Source: Phoronis australis (taxonomy: Eukaryota > Animalia > Phoronida). From it: DNA of 64,000 bases. Below the pieces are notes generated by a model. It saw only the letters and a list, made by a program, of their open reading frames with translations, did not search any database and was not told the DNA's origin. How positions within the stretch are numbered: the first letter of the stretch is position 1; each line of letters starts with the position of its first letter. The position numbers were made by a program, and so were the translations under genes. The stretch lies in the NCBI GenBank assembly GCA_002633005.1, contig NMRA01000380.1, forward strand, positions 124,001 to 188,000, given 5' to 3'. Shown in pieces: positions 61,031 to 64,000 of the stretch.

Positions 61031-62911
61031 ATCCACATTCGACAACGAAAAACACGACAAGTGGATTGAAAAGCGGGACTTCCGAAAAAAGGGGGACATC
61101 TGGGGCGAAATGTTCGCCAAAACACGTAAAAACGTCCCGACAGCATTTTAGTTGAACAGTAGACATAACGCCCAAAAGCGCCCGACGGCGTTTTTTAAGT
61201 CAAATGTGATATTGCGGGTGTCTCAAAAATCCAGGAAACGCCCGGTTTTTTTCTTTTTAGTAGAACGGGGAATATGGATACGGATATGGATATGACGCGA
61301 GGAAAATTACAATAGTTTCTCACATCACCTGGAATGTGTTACGACTAGTTAATAACACCGAGTACGTAATTTTTTTGATATTTCATGGGCGAATCACAAA
61401 GTAGTTCACAGTAGATGCCTTGCATTTTATCGTCTGCAAAACACTACAACACTCAAAATGCGCGCCAACCTAACAATCCCGGAGTAAGGTGGCATGGTTA
61501 TGATTGACAAATCGGGTGTCGCAGTTGTACGTACTCCCAGTCGGAAGGACATGCAAACATCTTCTTCAACGGACACATCTTCGGCGCCGAATTCCATATC
61601 CGAGTCCATTCAAATGGAGACGAGCCCCAACTCAAGAAACTGTACTGTCTCAAGATCAATTCAGTGCTCACGCGCGGGGAAGCCTAGCTGACTGTTTATA
61701 ATTATTTTTAAAGTTTTAATTACAAATTTAAAGACTATTTATTAGAACTTGTTTATTAAAGATGATAAATAGCTATATATGTAAAAAATATTCAAAACGT
61801 TTTCCCAAAGCCAAAAAAATATTATCGAGTATTTAGGCGTGAGGGCTTCAATTCCCCTCATCTATGGTACGCAGTGTAAAAGCATTGAAAATGTCTTGTG
61901 TGCGTGTGCGTGTGCGTACATGTATGTGTGCGTGCGTCACAAGATTTACATGAAAACAAAACAGGTGGCTTGGTTTGACGATTACTTTACTGCTACCAAC
62001 ATTCAATATAACATCAAAGTGCATATGATACATTGACCATCTGTAGAACTGAGCCTACGCAGCTTGTTACGAAGATTTTTACCTACAACAATTATTAATA
62101 GATAAATACTCATTCACAAAATCACAATCGTGATGTTCTTAAACTGGGCATAAAAATGAGCTATTATTGTGTCAAAAACACATTTCTTGGCAGACGTGTT
62201 TGGTCTTCCATTCATATACTTAGTTTTAGTTACTATGATGTGCACGGCCTTAACTAACTGGCCAGGATGAAAAATTTTACAGACCTGGTTGGAAGCTCAG
62301 AAAAACGTAGTGTCAGTTTCGTTAAGCCTAGAAACCTTTTATGGTCTTGATAAGGAACAAAGTGAGATCGTTTTGGCATCTGGGTGTGGCTTAAAGCAAA
62401 AGTTGTTTTTGGAAAAGTGTACATGTTTACTTCACCTTTTAAACATTTTTTACGACAGAGATATTTACGAAACATGTAATTACGCAAGCTTTCAAATACA
62501 AAACACGCAATAAGTGTTCTTTCACAGAAACGCAACTTCAATTAAAACAACCTGTAGTCAATAAAGTGTGCCCTCAAGTAGCTTAAACGTCGGAAAACAC
62601 ATTAACGTTCGTCACACGTACGCACTAACCAGTTTACAATAAAATTGTTTTGATTGCATGATAGTTCGTCCAATAATTGTTTTCCGCCTACGACCAAGGC
62701 AAAATCATTATCTCCTTGTTAGAGAACTTCGCATGGTTTAATTGGCCTCCACGTAGAAAATCAGCAAGGGGTATAAGCCTCCAACAGATCTCCACTGTGC
62801 AGTAGCTTCGCAACATTACGTCAACGCTGGGGAAGTGCGACGTAAATATCTCTTGCTTATTACCTCGCTAAAGATCCTTGTAAAACAATTTTACCACAAG
62901 TATCAGTCTAG

Positions 62912-63121
62912 AGGCCGTTCCAAGAAACTGACTTAAGCTCATTTTCTGAGTAAGATGTGTCTGAACTTCCAAACATTGAAACTTCTACATCCGGTCAAAC
63001 ATTCTCAAATCAAACTTTAGATACCCTTTCGAAATGGACTTGAGACAAATTTGTTATATGGCAAAATTGACTGAAATGTACTATTTGTCTTAACTAAGTC
63101 AGTTTTCTGGGAACGGGCCCC
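62912..63121. mobile_element. Harbinger-like MITE
   Basis: GGCCGTTCCAAGAAACTGACTTA...TAAGTCAGTTTTCTGGGAACGGGCCC inverted ends. Confidence 0.55.
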
Positions 63122-63944
63122 ATGTACATCCTCTCAACAATCTTAAAAATGCCGCAATTTTATAGCTTGCAGGGAGAAAGCAGAACCCCGGCAAGGGAAC
63201 GCACCTGATTTCGAGTGTTTGGTAAATCCCAACGCCTAACGAGTGGTTCACTCCGGTAGCCTTTTGGTTAGTTCTCAAAATTGTCAGAATCTGTCCATTC
63301 AAAGCGACCATAAACTCTTAAGTAGTGAACTTCTGGTCTAAACATTATCGTTGATCCGGAGAAATGATTTCTGGGTATTCAAAGAACTGACTGTTTATCA
63401 TCAAGGAAAAATGAACTGATTGCCGAACTACTGAAATCATCTCAAATTTCACTAGTGAACTATTTGATACCAGTTTCGTAAGTGTAAGCGGTCTAATTCA
63501 AAATCCATTGCTGTGACGGGAAGCTGTTTTATAGTCTTTTACTATTATACTACTTGGACAACGCTCCATCGGTTAATATTTCGGAGTTAATAATTTTCTC
63601 TACATTGACCTCTAGTACCTTCTCATTGACCACCGTTTTTATTATTGTTGAAGATTTTTTTGAAATAATGCACAGCTCATCGTGATTCGATCCCAGTAAT
63701 TTAGTCTTTGCAAGACACATCTGGGCTACCCCCACGTCAAAGAAATGCAGTAAGCCGATTCTGACGTCAGTCAGTCCCCAAATACATTGTGGAGATTTTT
63801 AAACAATTTCCGGGAGATGCTCGGAATGGACAAAGGAGTAATCGAAAACATTTTGGGACAATATATCATGTTATGGGATAATACAACAGTGGTTTATAAT
63901 GCAAAAAATCGACAAACGCAGCTTGGTTAAATCGATGATATTCA

Positions 63945-64000
63945 GAGCCCAGTTGCATAAAGTTACACGATGTATAGCAACAATGACGTCGCATTTTCAC
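63945..64000. mobile_element. Harbinger-like MITE, family copy 3 (runs off the window)
   Basis: GCCCAGTTGCATAAAGTTA...GTATAGCAACAATGACGTC matches 4815 and 16195. Confidence 0.65.

Noticed and set aside
61070-61700. hAT transposase remnant or host exon
   Set aside because: Only vague resemblance across several frameshifts; not supportable by eye.

Overview
AT-rich, intron- and repeat-rich animal DNA, most like a marine invertebrate draft assembly with N-gaps. One real gene dominates: a minus-strand receptor tyrosine kinase of about 20 coding exons (CDS 41904->4563, about 950 aa), assembled here by hand from GT-AG sites and reading phases. It has a signal peptide, a 10-Cys box, three FN3-like domains, a TM helix and a split Ret/Torso/Cad96Ca-type kinase. 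The ectodomain looks strikingly like anosmin-1 (KAL1) without the WAP domain. The rest is mostly mobile DNA: three TTAA-flanked, THAP-bearing Kolobok-like elements (one nested in a pogo DDE/PHD remnant), Copia, LINE and RNase H remnants, a SWIM-finger remnant, hAT/Harbinger/mariner-like MITEs, a tRNA-SINE and three minisatellites. The least explained signal is a roughly ten-fold excess of TACATGTA, alongside related TA-(CA/CAG)(TG/CTG)-TA words. Paralogous repeat copies in the window show TA becoming TACATGTA by a 6-bp insertion, as expected of Tc1/mariner-type excision footprints. All family assignments are motif recognition by eye; no searches were run.
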